A stretch of 64,000 bases of DNA from Geosiphon pyriformis uo1 (taxonomy: Eukaryota > Fungi > Glomeromycota), in contig JAAOMT010000387.1 of NCBI GenBank assembly GCA_016748015.1, forward strand, positions 62,001 to 126,000. The letters run 5' to 3'. The notes beneath the pieces were generated by a model. That model searched no databases, was not told where the DNA came from, and worked only from the letters and a program-made list of their open reading frames with translations. Below are positions 37,501 through 52,000 of this stretch, in pieces. Both the position numbers and the translations under genes were made by a program. The number at the start of each line of letters is the position of its first letter. Within the stretch, counting starts at the first letter, position 1.

Positions 37501-40500
37501 AATAACTCTAATTTCTAAGTTATTTAATAAAACTATGGGGTAATTATTGGGGTTGTAAAAAATAACTCAGACTTTCTTTGTTCCTTCTGGGATGTAAATA
37601 TTTGGGATTGAGATATTATGTTCCAAGCAAATTCGTTCATTAGACTCAAAAATTTGTTGTGTGGTCATTGGCTTTTTACAAGTGTAAATTTCAGAGTGTT
37701 CTCCAAAGAGTGAAATAGTAATTGGTTGTGGAAATTGTAGAATCTGGTAAGATTCTTTCTGTTCATTGAGGGCTATGTTTACTGGAACTGTAAATCGTCC
37801 AGTTGAACCAAAACCTTGGGTTTTTCTTTCACTTTTTCTCAATAGTTTTTTTTGATTGACTAATTGTAAACCCGAAATGTTAATTAAGGGTAAATAAATG
37901 GCTTGGGCAATTTTTTCAGCATGTTCAATCTGAAAAAGTTTATCAGTTTCATTTTGTAACATGATTGTAATGTCTCCTGTATATCCAGCATCTATGATTC
38001 CTCCTCTAACATTGATTTCTGTGCTTGCCAATAATGATCATGAAGTGATTTGGACCATTGCTCTTGGTGGGATTTTGAGGGCAACTTTGAAATTGATTTT
38101 GGTAAGGGAATTTGGTTGAAAAACCAAAGTGTCTTTTTCTGGATATCGTAGATCATATCCAGCATCAATTTCATGTGCTTTTTCCAGTTTTATTCCTTGT
38201 CCATTGTTGTTGAAGTATTTGAGTTGTAAAGCAGACTGATTTTTGATGAGGTAGATAGGTGTTGTTTCAATTTCTTCTGTTGTTTCAGATTCTCTGAATT
38301 CAATTTCGTATTTATTGCTTTTACTGAGCAATGGAATGCTAAGAGTGTAGCATTCAGGACACCATTGTTCATCACATGGCATTATACACTCCTCACATAA
38401 TTTAATGTTCATTTGCTTTAATTGTTAAATTTGAGCTTCTTGGGTCAGGTAGATGTGACTTGCAATTTGGTAGTATATTTCTACTTCATCTTCATAATCG
38501 AATCCAGCTAATTCCAATGTATATTCAATATATTCAGCTTCCTTCATTTGAAGGACATCTTTTTTGGTTCCTCTATTAATTAAAACCATGACAAGTTTGT
38601 AGATCATTTCGGCATTATGGGGGTAGTGATAGAGTTTGCTGAGGGTGCTGTTATATGTGACATTGAAAGGTGTTCCACGTTTTACTTTTTCTGCAATAGA
38701 AAGAGCATATTGACAAGTTTGATCACAGACTCCTCCTCTAAATGCAACATCAATCCAGTTACATTCATTGGGAAGCTGCTTTTCACAAGTAAAACAGGGT
38801 GTTCCATCTCATTTTCCACTTCTTTTAATCAAGTGGCCCCATTGTTCTCAATGGCAGGTCTTACAATAGTAGCAGATGTGACTTTCATATTCTTTTTTAG
38901 GTAAAATACAAGCTCCCATTGACGATAGTTTTTTGTGGCAGTCTTTATATTTAAGGGGAATATAGGGGCATTGTTTCCTTGGTTCAGGCTTTGAGTAAGG
39001 AATATTCCATCCAGGAGTTTCAGGTTCAGAGTATGGAATAAAATGTTCTTGTTCAGTCTCCTCAGCCCAATTGGATGTTGATTCAAGAGCCATGAATGTT
39101 TTAATTATTGGTTTTTCTTCTTCTGGTTTGAATTCAAAAGCTGGGGCTTTTTCGGAGCATTTGTTGAATGTACCACAAGTGGCAGGTACTTGGACATATT
39201 GTCCTTAGTAAGAGATTTGTAATTCTTGGGTTTTCCAGTCTAATTTCATATTGGTTTTTTGAAGCCAGTCATTTCCGACAAGAGCTTGATACTGAGGAGC
39301 ATTCATTACAAGAACTTTGACTGAAATGGTGATTCCATTAAGAGTGAATGGAAAATTGTCAATTTCTTCTACTGGAGTCTTTTTTATGTTATTGGCAGTA
39401 ATGATTACTGTTTGAGCTGGTCAGTCGACATTTTTCTTTAACTGTTGTATTAACTGGTAGGTGATGATGCTTTCAGCAGATCCACTGTCTAGGATTAAGT
39501 GAATTGTCTTTCCTTCGACTTCTACTTTAGTGTACATAGCAGTGATTGCTTTTTGTTCATTGGTGGCTGCATTGCTAAGCAGGAATGGTGACTCATTTGC
39601 TTTGAACTCAAAAGAGAATATATCTGAAAGGTTGGCGTTTTCAGCAATTCTGGCTGGTGAGATTGTAGTAGGAATATAGGAAGGGTTTTGTTGTTGTGCT
39701 GCAGCTCTACCTTCCGAGAGTGCAGTATGGTGAAAATCCTGTTCTTCAGGTATTGTAAGATAGCTAGGTTGAGTATGATAATGAGTGGGTCTTGGCTGAG
39801 CTGGATTTCAGGAAACTAATTGGTTATTTGGATTGATTCTGTTGTTGTTTGTTGCAAATTGGTTTTGTGATGCAAATTGGTTTTGTTGAACCAATCTTCG
39901 AGCAGGTACTTGGTAATGTTGAATGGGCTGTGGAGCAGGTTGATAGTAGTCAGTTTGATATTGTGGTCTTGGTGGATAGTAAGCTGGTAGTAGTGGTGGT
40001 TGGTAATAAAATTGTTGTGGCAAAGAGTAATGTTGATTACTCCTATTCTGTTGGTCTCGTTGTAGCTTCTTGCAATCTCTTTTCCAGTGGCCAGAAATTC
40101 CACAGTAATGACAATTCTGAGGCTGGTTATTAGAGGATGATGTGAAGTTGTTTTGATTCCGTCTTTGGGGTGGTTGATATCTTTGGGGTTGCTGTTGTTG
40201 TTGGTTGGTGAAATAGTTTTTGACTTTCTTTGTGAGTTGGTCAATTTTCTCTTCAGCTGCTGAGCTGGTCTCTCCAATAGCTAAGTTCATGAGTTTTGTA
40301 CAATTGGCTTCTTCTATGGCCATTTCATATCTCTTTGCATGCTGAATGGCAGAGTTTAAATCTTCTGGGGCATGTGGGCAAACCTTTTTAATCAGTTTAT
40401 CCTTTAAACCAGTGATAAATTGATCCAAGATTTGAGCATCAGAATAATAATCATTAGTTTCAAGTTGGCAAATTTGTTTGAAAAGTTTGTTGAATTTTCC

Positions 40501-41550
40501 AATATAAGTTATGACAGATTTGGAGGGTTCTTGTTTGATATTGTGAAAACAATTTTGAAGTGTGATTGAGGTGTTGTTATCGGTAAATTGTTCTAAGAAG
40601 GCAGTTTTGAAAGCTGTCCAATCATTAAAAGGGGTGGTCAAGTTTTTGAACCATTTGCCTGCTGTTTCTTTGAGAAAGTAGAGAATTGTTCTTAACATTC
40701 TGGCAGCATTCCATCCATTTGCATTTCCAGCTTTAGTAACTTGGTCAAGATATTCTTGGGAACTGGTTTCAATGTCTTTTTCATTAAATTCAGGGATTTT
40801 TGTGATGTATGGTGTCATTTTATTTTCTTCGTTTTCACTGTTTATTGATTCTTCTTTAGATATTTCAGAATCATTTTCTTTGTTTGCTGCTGTCTCAGAG
40901 TGTTCACTTTGATTTTCAGCTAGAAAGTCAAGAAAATTGGAACTAGTTTGAAGGGATTCTTGTTGTCTGGTGGGACTTCTGGGTAATGTAAAATCTTCTA
41001 GTCTTGCAAATCGATTTAAGGGTGAGTTAGGTGTTTGTGCTTGTGCAAGTGAAGCTGGAAAAGATGTGATAGTAAGTAGAAGTTTTGAACTGGTTCCTTG
41101 TTCAGGTGTTTGTAAGTGTTTGGCAGTTGTTTTTGGTAGTATTGGAGTATTTGGAGTGGTTTTTGAGTATTGTTTCAATTTTTGTTTGTCTTTGTTGCTT
41201 GTTTCTGTCTCTGATTCAAAATCAATAAAGTATTGAGACTGCACTAGATATGTTTCTTCACAGTACTTGATAATGTTAAAATTAAGTTCTTGAAAGTAAG
41301 TGGCAAGTGTTTCACTGTTAAGATCTTTAGTTCTCAACTGTGAATAGTGTACTAAATTATTGTAAAGGTTGCTTCTAACTTCTGAGATATTGTAATTTCC
41401 AAAAAGATAACTGTTGATGCAGTTTTCAATGTATTGGTATACTGATTTCTTGACAACTTCAATTCCGTCTGAAATGTTGAATCTTTGCTTGCAGTAGGTG
41501 TAAATTGACTGGTAATACTTTAGAGTTGTTGTGTCTGGTGTGGTTGCCAC
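34525..41550 (-). pseudogene. A2 single-frame Gag-Pol polyprotein with Cys-rich domain and dUTPase, nonsense-disrupted
   Basis: Fragments starting at 41550, 39093, 38607, 38412, 38031, 36675, 35619, 35124 and 34863 share one frame. Motifs CHYCGISGHWKRDC, DAGYDL, GGIIDAGYTG, GFGSTG, KWDGPF. Confidence 0.93.
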
Positions 41551-41595
41551 TTTGAAGTTGTTTTTGCTGTGTTGTTTTTGTGAGAGAGCACTAAA

Positions 41596-42573
41596 TGTTA
41601 CTGGAGGTTTTTGGTCTCTTCTTAGCTCTTGTATGTTTGTTGTAATGCTGTTAACTTACGACTATGGGAAGTGTTTGAACCTCCAATAACTGAATTTTTA
41701 TCTTCAAATTATCTCCTATAATTTGAACTACTGGGCTTATAAGTGGAATGGCCAATTCTGTGCCAGTTGCTTTGTGTAGTTACATTGTAGTAAATGTCAA
41801 CTCTTTCCCAAGAATTGCTCATCTGAAAGCTCACTAAAAATGTGTAGTTATTTTGCTGTGAAAGTCAACTCTTCAACAGGAATCTTGTCTGTAGGCTACC
41901 CTAATAATTATAATAAGAAAATAAAAGAAAAAAAATAAAAGAAATGTAAAAGAAATAGAATTCTGTCAAGGGAAACGTTTTCTATTCAGGCCTGGAGTCA
42001 CTAACAGTTTACTGAAATTGGTAGCTAATCAATTTCAAAATGTTAGTTGGGTTTTGGGGATTTTTCAAGTGCAATAATTAAAGAATTTGGTTTTTCAAAT
42101 TATTTGATATTTATTTCATTTTTGTGTGTAAAGAATAATTGTTAAATCTGAAGTAAGATATATTTTCTTGAAAAGAGAAGCTCTTCTTTTATACAACTTG
42201 TTGTAACACTATTTTATGAACTTGAACTTTGCTCTTTTCTACAATTTTGCTGAACTAAAGATACATTTCGGCAAATTACAAGTTATTTCTGCAAACTATT
42301 AGATATTTTGGTAAACTATCAATTATTTCAGCAAATTTCTACAAATTTCGGCAAACTTTTGAATGTTACATATTTCGGGGTATTGCATAATTGATCATTG
42401 CAATTAGGTTACATTTGTGTTATGTACAAATTGGGTTATTAATTAAATGATAATTTCGGATATTTTGCTAATGTAATAAGTGATAATTTGAAACGATAAT
42501 ATATGCTAATTAATAATAGGAATTATAAAGATAATTTCATGCTAAATAATATTTTTAATTTCGTTTGGTAACA
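41596..42573 (-). repeat. 5' LTR of A2
   Basis: 978-bp direct repeat adjacent to the PBS. Confidence 0.95.
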
Positions 42574-44760
42574 ATGGTAAACAATTTTTTTACTTGGTTT
42601 TAGCTGTCTTGTAGCCTATAATTAACTATCAAACACAATTTAGTTTTGTTTCTTTAAGTGTATGCTACAAATAAGATGTGATGATCAAAAAAAGCTTAGA
42701 GCCAAGACTGGTTTGCCACATGATTTTCTCAGTAAGGTTTTGTACCATCTATTTTTGTATGAGTTGAAACCCTTTGAACAAGTTCAATCTGAAAGAAAAC
42801 TTGCTTTATTGATCTTTTTCTCTAACACTTATGAATCTACAAGTTATAAAGTAATCTTTTATGAATTCTTCGCAATTTTCTGTCAAGTTACATATTAGTT
42901 CAGTAAACAATTTTTTAGCTGGAGTGGTGAAAATTCTTTTGGACAATAAACTATCTTTGGCAAACAATTTGCCTAGTGCTTTTTGTGAGTCTAATAGATT
43001 TTTAATGTTTAGTATCTTGGGTCAGCCTTTGTATTTTACCTCTGTTCTTTCATTAAAGTGGTTTGGCATTGCATTTGGTGATAGACTTTTGGACAAAAAA
43101 AAGAATGTAATGGATTGGAAAACATTTCAGTGGTAGAAAAAATTGGACTTAAGGGGCCCTGTGCTTTTTGGTTTACTTTAGCATTTGAGTTTATGATCAA
43201 GTTTACTTCTTTGGAGGGTGAGACTGCTGCTATTCCTAGGGTGCCTGTATTGAATGTTTTAGAATCTAAGAGATTCTCTAATATTTGTGATGGTCTGCTG
43301 GAGATTTGGTCCAGTTGTATTAAAGTTTTTACAGATAGATTCCTAAAAAATGCTGATTTTATTGAGATAACTGGTAGTACAGCTGTTTACTTTTTAGTTG
43401 TGAATATGAGTATTGGGATTAAGGTGGCTGGGCTTCTGTCTTCTACTCTGACTAAGTTGCAAACTGTTGTTTTGGCTTTGGAGTGTGTTCTGTCTTTGTG
43501 TTCTGTGATTGTGTACTCAGACAGCCAGTCTGCTATTAATGTCTGCATATCTGAAACTTTTTTCTCTGTGTCTGACTTCTATAATCAGTGTTGAATTAAG
43601 TGATTGCACATAGTCAATCTTCTTAAAAATAAAAACATTTCTGCTAAATGGGTGAAAGTTAAAGGATACTTTGGAGTACCTGGTAATGTTAGGACTGATG
43701 TATTGGCTAATGAATCCATTTTTTCACCTCTTTTTTTGCCAGTTGGAATTTGGGAAAGATTTTTGGTTGCTGAGAATACTGTAATATCTAGCAATACTTG
43801 TCATTTTGTTCACAATCAATACTGGTTTATTTGTCATGCTCATTAGAAGACTGGTCTCAGTTTTAATATAGTTCCAGATGCTATAATTAAGGAAATAGAT
43901 TGGAATACCACTTCAAGGATTTGGCACTTTGATTCACATATGCTTACTGAATTTACGAGTAGAAAGTTGGCCAATTTGCACACATATTTAATAAAATCTG
44001 TATATAGGCAGCTGCCAGTTGCAGTCAGAAAAAGACTTTACAATAAAAGTTATCTTGGGGTGCTGTGCCTGCTTTGTAGTAAGATGAAGTTGTCTGACCA
44101 TGCTTTCACTTATTTTAGTGACTCTTGTCTCCATGAAGACATTTTGGTTGAAGCTGCTAAGAAATGAATGTTATTGTCTGGTCTTTTGTGTTTGTCTATC
44201 TCTATTATTTTATGGTCACTTTTAATGTGTTTTTTGGATGTGGGTCTTTACATGGCTATTTGTAAGAGTTTTGTGTTGGAAAATTGGTATGATAAAGCTG
44301 TTGTGGTCTTTAAAGGTAAAGAAAAAACTATATTGGCTTTTGTTAAATTTGTTGGTTTTGTGGTAGAGTTATATTGTACTAAGATGTGATTTATTAAGTC
44401 TAAGCATAGAATAGATATGAAAAAAGCTGGTTTAATCAAGGATAGTAGTGTTGTGTCAGGTTTTTTTTGCTACTTAAAATTGGCACTATTAGATAGGATG
44501 GTTCATATGCTTAGTGTTATAAACTTTTTTGCTGTTAAGTTTGATAGATATAGATTGTGTCATTTTTTTTCTGGTTTGGGTAGTGATATGTATGTTTATA
44601 TAGGTATATAGTGTAGTCTTGTTTGGCCCAAGTGACTAACCATATGTAAATAGTGTGTAAACTGCATTTAGTTGGTTCCACTTAATTTGGTTCTATGTAC
44701 TAAATAGCAGTTGAATTTTATTCATTAAATCATGTAATAAAAAAACAAAACAAAATATAT

Positions 44761-47700
44761 ACAAGTTTTTCTAAAATTATGCTTTAAAATTTCTAATTAC
44801 TTTGTTAAATTAAACAGATATAAAATTATATAAATTAAGTTTTTTTATTAACAAAATAATAATTAAACTTTTTTGTTTACAAATTAATTAATAAATATAT
44901 TTTAATAATATTATAATTAAAAATAACAAAATTTTTTTAAAATCTTAACAAAAAAAATATTTTGTAATTAACAAAAATATATTGTTTAAAAACAAATAAT
45001 ATTCTATAAAAATTATAAATATTTTAACAAAAAAGCACTTTAAAAAATTAACTCTTATTTAATTAAATAAAAAAATAAATTCAAAATTTAAGAATTTATG
45101 TTTAAAATTTTTTTTAATATATAATTTAATTACTATTTAATATAATATATTAAACTAAGTAACTTAAATTAAAAGTAATTTATGTACTTTCTACATGTAA
45201 TTAAACATAAATTCAATTTAAGTTAAACTATATTAAATTTTAAAAAAAAATTTATTTTAAGAAAATATTTTATTTATAATAACAATTAATATACTATTAT
45301 TTTTAATTAAATTACTTAACTATTTAATAATTATATTTATATTAGATTTAATATTATTAAGTTAATATTCCTGGAAATAATAGGTTAAAAAAAAATTTAT
45401 TATTAAATAAACTAGTATTATACTTATTTATATAAATATTAAAATTATATTTAGTTTTAATTATTATTATATTCAAAAAAAGCTGATTTACAGTTTTATT
45501 AAGAATAAATACTTTATTTTAGATATTAAAAACCAAATTTTTAATTTTTATATACAAGACAAAAAAAATATTTAAAAAAATAATGACCAAAATAACAAAA
45601 AAATTAATTAATTTAATAATAAATTTAATTAAAGTAATTAAACTTAAGATTTAAGAATTCAAAAAATCCAATCTAAATTTAATAATAAAATCAACACCAA
45701 AAACAGCCAAAAAAACAACAAAAAAAAACCAAAAAATGAAAGTTTTAACATAAAATTTTTTATTAGTAATTTTAATAAACAATTTAGAAAAATAGGTAAT
45801 AATACTTTACAATTAGCAAAAAAAATGCTTAAAATTTTGGCATTTGTTTTTATTAAATATAATACTTATGCAAAGTGCCAATTTTTATTACAACAAAATT
45901 TAAAAATTTATATAACTTAAATATTACAATAATAAAACATTAATAATAATAAAATCAAAAAAATAGAGAATAAAACAAATATGATTACTAATTTAAAAAA
46001 TCAAATTATTGATTTTAAAAACAATATAACTGAAAAAAAAATTGACTAATTTGGTCTTAAAATTATTATTTAAGATCATAATCTCTTTTTAGTTAAACAA
46101 AAAAAAGATTTTAATACTGTTTTTTTTAATTAGTACAAACTAATTATTAAAAACAATAACAGCAGATAAAAAGTTCTTAAAATAAACAACAGTATATTAT
46201 TACAAACCAATAGATTTCAATTTAATTAAAATAATAATATCAAAAAATATGTCAAAAAAATATATTATAAAATACAACAAAAGTAAAAAAAAAACCAAAA
46301 GTTATTACAAAAAATTTTGCAATTATAAGTATAATTAAAAAAAAAATCATTAATAAAAATCTTAATAAAAACAAAGTTTATATAAAACAACTTAATATTG
46401 TTTTTTAAAAAAAAGTTGAATTTAACAAAACCAAACAGCAAATAAAATAAAAAATTAACCAAGACCAATTTAACTTTAAAAGTAAAATTAAATATTAAAA
46501 TAGAAACTATTTACTTAAAAAACTTTTAATAACTAGAAATTGTTTTTTAGATATTATTAAAGACAACATTAGAAAACAAAAAAAAAAGATTAATTTAATT
46601 TTTAAGATTCAATAACTTAATAATTTGTTTTGTTTTTAAAATTAGCAATAATTTGTTAAAAAATATCATATTTAATAATATAGCCAACAGTTAATTTTGA
46701 CTTATTACGAAAGATATACTGTTATTATTATTATTTATATTAAGAAAAAGTTAATTGTTACTAAAAAAAATTTATTATATTAGTAAAAAATAAATAACTG
46801 TTGTTATTTTTTTAAGTTTTTGATTTTTTTGGCTATTTATAAAAATTTTCTATAAATATATCTGTATATAATTCTAATACAAAAATTAATTATTTGTTTT
46901 TAAACAATAAATGAATCATTAATAGCTTATCAAAAAATTTTAAAATTTTAGAAACATGTTTAACTAAATAGTTATTTATAATTAAAATAACACTAATATT
47001 TAAATATCCTAAATTCAAACTAGAAATAAATACTTTTATATTCATAAACTTATTTGCAATCTATAGTTTAATACCAAAATAAAATTTAGTTTTAGTAACA
47101 ATTAAAATATTATTTTTTAATTCTTTATGCTATCTAATAATATTATTTTGTTTGGCAAAAATATTCATATTTTTAATATTATATGTAATTATTTTTTAAG
47201 TTAAACTATTTATTAAGGACAAGAAAAAAATATTATATTATTGTCCAAACTAAAAAACTTTAATTATTTGTAATTAACTTTATTAATCTTTTTAAAACTG
47301 TTATATTAACTTTTAGATTACTAATTTTAATAATTAAGACTTTGTTTTTATTAAACCATATATTTTGAAAAATATCAACTGTATTAAGCAACAAATAAAA
47401 AAACTATAATAATATTTCAATAATAAATTTGAATTTTGGGCTATTATATTACATAAATATCTTTTTGGTATTTAATAATAATTAATAAAAAATAAAGATA
47501 TTAAATTTGCAAACAATTTTAACAATATAATTAGTCAGCAATTTTATAGAATATTTCAAAATATTTAAATAAAAAAACAAAACTAAAACAGTTGAGTTAT
47601 TGTTGTAATTGTTGAATAAAAATTTCATTAAAAAAGTACTAATTAATAATATAAGTAAAAAACAATTTAAAAAACTACTTATTATAAAAATTTAAATAAT

Positions 47701-49659
47701 ACTACTAAAAAACATTAAGTAAAACATTAAACTTATTTTTTTGTGTAAATAAAAACAAAATATTTCTTGTCAAAATTAATGAATTTTTATTTTAAACTTT
47801 AACCAGTAAATTTTAAATTTAGTTCATAAATACTAAAAACATAACTGTATTTTTCACATTTAGTACATACAAAAAGCAATAATTTAGTTTAAATTAAGTT
47901 CATATTCTTAAAAACCAAAATTAAATGAATAACAATATATTTAATTTTAGCAAAATTAAAACATATAATAGCATAATATACATATATTTATAATATAAAA
48001 TTTTGTAAAATAAAACATGTTTTCTTATTATAAGACAACAAAAATTTAAAAAAATTGTAAATAATAATATTTATTAGCAAAATGTATAAAAAAACATAAT
48101 AGCAGTTTTTTAAATTTTATATTTGTTTGTTATTGTTAACTTTAATTATACAAACAAAATTTTTATTTGGCAAAATAACTATTTAGAAATAACCAAATTA
48201 GTGGTTTTTATACTATTAAATTTAATTAATGTTTTTTGTTAAAGACCAATAAGTTGTATTTTAATAAATTTTACAGTCTTATATTTAATTAATGTTAATT
48301 TTAAAACTAATTTAAACAGATTAATTAGAATTTTTTTGATAATAACTTTTTGATCTAATTTGATATTAATTTTTTTAATTTGGTATTAACTATAATATTT
48401 GCTTTTACAACTAGTTGTTTAATGACTTTTAAACTAATTCTAAACATGAACATAAATTTAATAATACTTTAAAATTTTAAGAAAGTTAATGTTTTTTTAA
48501 ACTTATTGATTTAATAAAAAAGTTTTTTAATAAATTTGATTTTTTTATTTAAAAATTTGCCAAAAACTATAACAAAACCAATATTTAATACATATAATTT
48601 AACTAACTTAAAACTTTTATGTTTTTTAATATATATAGTTATATATATAATAGTACTAATAAATACAAATAATAGAAAATTAAAAGTATTATTATTACTT
48701 AATATATTAAAAAATAGTTTTTTAGAAGACTTTATTAAATTGTAAATTCTGATACAAATATTTCTTAACTAATTTTATCTATAAATTTATTATTATTAAA
48801 CTATTTAAATTAATATAACTGGTTTTTTTACTATTGTGTTTTTTAAATTTTTTAAGTTAAATGTTTTACTTATGCTTTTTATTTTGCTATTAACTTTGTT
48901 GTTTTAAGATTAATATTTAATTATGCTACTAATTTTTAGCATATATATAATCAAAAATCTAATTAATAAATCTATAATATTAGATCTAATAGCAATTTTT
49001 TTGGATTATTTAACAAAACTTTTCAAATTATATATATGTATATCTTAGTTATTTTTTAAATTAAAATAATAATTTATATTATTTATATTAATATTTATAA
49101 CTTTAGCCAAATTACTAATCAACTTTATAATTATAAACAGACTTGTATTAAAAAAAACAGTTAAAAAATAAATAAATAAGAAAAAAATAAGTAAAATAAC
49201 TTTTTTCAAATTTTAATAGTTTTATAATAAGCAAAAAATCAACAAAAAAAGTTTTTTACTTTTTTTAATGTTTTTGGTAAAGTTTTTTATAATTATTATA
49301 ATATAATAATTATTTTTTGCTGTTATTAATTTTTTTATTATTATTTAAATAAATACAGTCTAATTATTATCTAGTATATAAAATCAAATTAAGTAATCCT
49401 AATTAAATATAACTCACATGCTTACTATATATAACCAGTTACTTAAGCCAATTTAAACAATATTATATACTTATATACACAATTAGACCACTATTCAAAC
49501 CAAAAAAAAACATTTACCAAAACTTACTGGTTGTTAATAATAATTTAATTAAATCAATTTTAATTTTATTAAATAATTATTTAATTTTTATTAATTTTAA
49601 TGTTTTTGTTATTATTGTTTTATTTTTTATTAATATAATTATAATTTTTTATATATATA
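44761..49659. other. extremely AT-rich tract of eroded repeats
   Basis: Very low G+C, almost no CpG. LINE-tail relics at about 45180-45210 (tactttctacatgtaa) and 49325-49530. Confidence 0.7.
49325..49530 (-). mobile_element. AT-eroded LINE 3' end
   Basis: Aligns to 49660-49860: atctagtatataaaa..., accagttacttaagcc vs gctagccactcaggcc. Confidence 0.65.
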
Positions 49660-50639
49660 TTTTTTTTTAATGCAATTTAACAAATGAAGCCCAACTGCAA
49701 TCTAGTATATAAAACCAGACTAAGAGGCTTAAACTAAATATGGCTCATGCACTTTCTATATGTGGCTAGCCACTCAGGCCAGACAAGACAACATTACACA
49801 CCTAAAAGAACACATGGATTATCATCCAAACCAGAGAAAAGGAGACAAGACCTACAACGGCCAAAACTAACAGCAAAAGAGCTAATAATGCCAAGCATCC
49901 TCACCACCTTGCCAGACAACAAAGAGTTTATGCAATAAGACAAACCAAAAATCAACATGTCATTACCAACCAAACCTGCCGCCTCCATTTTTACCCTGTA
50001 TGCAGACCTCACCAACCAGGTTTTTGAGCGATACAACTCAACAAAACACCCAACAAAACCAACTACAACACTAACAGCCTTCTTTTTACTTTCGAGAACC
50101 TTTATAGCCTCTGCACACCAATCCCTCAGCACAAATCCCTTACATAGGACAGAATATAAGCCAATGTCCAAAAAACACTGATCAAGAGACTGCAAAACAG
50201 CAGAAGATGACAAGCTACAAGATTCAGCAAAAAACACCCAATTAGCAGAAACAACAGCCAAAATCTTCCTCTGAATTTCCATGTCACAGGAACACATGAA
50301 AACATAATCCGACAACTCTACCTCATGACACAACAAACACAGCACACCAAAGTAACATTTATTATACAGCCATTTCCTTACTGCCACAGGCATCTGATGG
50401 TGCACAGTCTTTATCAAATAGGTGCAAAGACAGGAAGACCTCCAACTAGTAAAACCAGCAAGCATATGCAAATCAGGATGCCACACCCTAATAGTAGCTT
50501 TCCAATCAACAGTTTCAGTCAACATGGTAAAAATTATGTCTCGACCAGGGCCTGCCTCCCATTGAACATGATGTTACTCATAAAATATAAGTAGTATATT
50601 AGCATATAAATTAGCCAATCATAGGTAGACGTAGTAAAT

Positions 50640-50808
50640 GTGAAATTCCAGGATTTCTCTCAAAGGAATTGCAAGATTTCAGGAATTACAGGATTCTCAC
50701 ACAAGGAATTGCAGGATTCCAAAATTCCAGGATTCCTCTTAAAGGAATTGCAGAATTCCAGGAATTTCAGGATTCCTGACATAAAGAATTGAGGAATTGA
50801 GGAATCTC
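50640..50808 (+). repeat. AGGA(A)TT(G/C)C-based tandem array in family B U3 (second copy about 52768-52937)
   Basis: Repeated 9-10 bp units ggaattgca/ggattcca. Confidence 0.85.
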
Positions 50809-51589
50809 AAATACGTATATATAGCAGTAGTATCAGAAGTTAGAAAATTAGTCAATGGGACTTAGAGTCAATTGATTTGCAAAGTCAAATAGACTCCCAA
50901 AGTTAATTAGACTCACAGGTCATAATTATTAAATACCCTTCCTTCAAAAGATAGAATACTATAACTTGAAGTGAAATCACTCTCATATTAATGAAATTAT
51001 CTATTATCTTCAAATCCATGTTATTATCTACTACTTAACCTGCTGGCACAATAGCTCTTGATCACGGTTATTGACAAGACACTTATTTCTTATTTTATTT
51101 TCTTATTTCTTTATTTTCTTTTATTTTCTTTTGTTGTTCACTAAATTGATTAAAAAGATTAAGCACTGAGTTATTGACATCACGGATAATCTGGTAAAAG
51201 ACCCAGAAATAAGAGTAGAATTATATATTATCAGATAGCTTACCAGAAGGGCACAACTGCCAGAATAAATCTGGCCACCAAGCTGAAAAAGAAATTGGGA
51301 AAACAACTTGAGAATACAACCACTATCAACCTTATTGAATCTCTGTCTATTATACAAAGGACTCAACCAAAACCTTCAGATATTACCAACAACATTATAT
51401 CAATAGAGCACCAAGTTATGAGTTTGTTATTTGATTTGAGACCCCAAATAATCATCTGTAATATTTGGTGCTCTCTGTGAAGTATAATCCAACAGAGAAC
51501 CAGTACCAATAACAACCATACAAGAAAGTGGCAGACCAAAAAAAAACAAGAGAAAATCACTTAGGATTTGCAAAATCCTTATTTTACCA

Positions 51590-52000
51590 TTACCTTTGAA
51601 AACTCGTTAAATTAAAACTCTGATTATTCAAGACCTGATCATTAAAACCCTGAACATTCAAAAATTACCATTGATAAATTCATTAAAAACTTGTTAAATT
51701 AAAACTTTGTTTATTCAAAATCTGATCATTAAAACCCTGAACATTTAAAACTTACCTTTAATAAATTCGTTAAAAACTCATTAAATTAAAACTCCGATTA
51801 TTTAAAACCCAATTATTAAAACTCTGAACATTTGAAAATTACCATTGATAAATTTATTAAAAACTCATTAAATTAAAACTCTGATTATTCAAGACCCGAT
51901 CATTAAAACCCCAAACATTCAAAACTTACCTTTGATAAACTTGTTAAAACTTATTAAAACTCTGATTATTCAAGACTCAATCATTCAAAAACCCAAACAT
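51590..52000 (+). repeat. 87-bp tandem repeat (~4.5 copies) inside family B
   Basis: Unit anchors (acc..) at 51667, 51754, 51841 and 51928; degenerate continuation to about 52150. Confidence 0.85.

Larger units (their letters stand above)
32729..42573 (-). mobile_element. Ty3/Gypsy family A copy A2 (full length, 9845 bp)
   Basis: LTRs 32729-33714 and 41596-42573. PPT 33715-33727, PBS about 41581-41593. TSD ATGA/ATGG. LINE ORF2 resumes after it. Confidence 0.96.
28018..44746 (+). mobile_element. full-length, more degraded LINE L-c, interrupted by Gypsy A2
   Basis: ORF1 relic about 28157-30113. ORF2 relic 30110-32728 plus 42578-44611. 3' UTR motif at 44623-44648 and A-tail. Candidate TSD AAAACAAAATATAT at 28004-28017 and 44747-44760. 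5' boundary approximate. Confidence 0.88.

Noticed and set aside
46265-48745. ORFs 46265-46468 and 48536-48745
   Set aside because: Low-complexity F/I/K/N/L products of AT-rich DNA.
50640-50808. Heat-shock elements in family B U3
   Set aside because: Spacing mostly does not give three contiguous nGAAn inverted units.
51590-52000. CRISPR-like array
   Set aside because: Contiguous tandem units with no unique spacers, inside a eukaryotic LTR element, with no cas genes.
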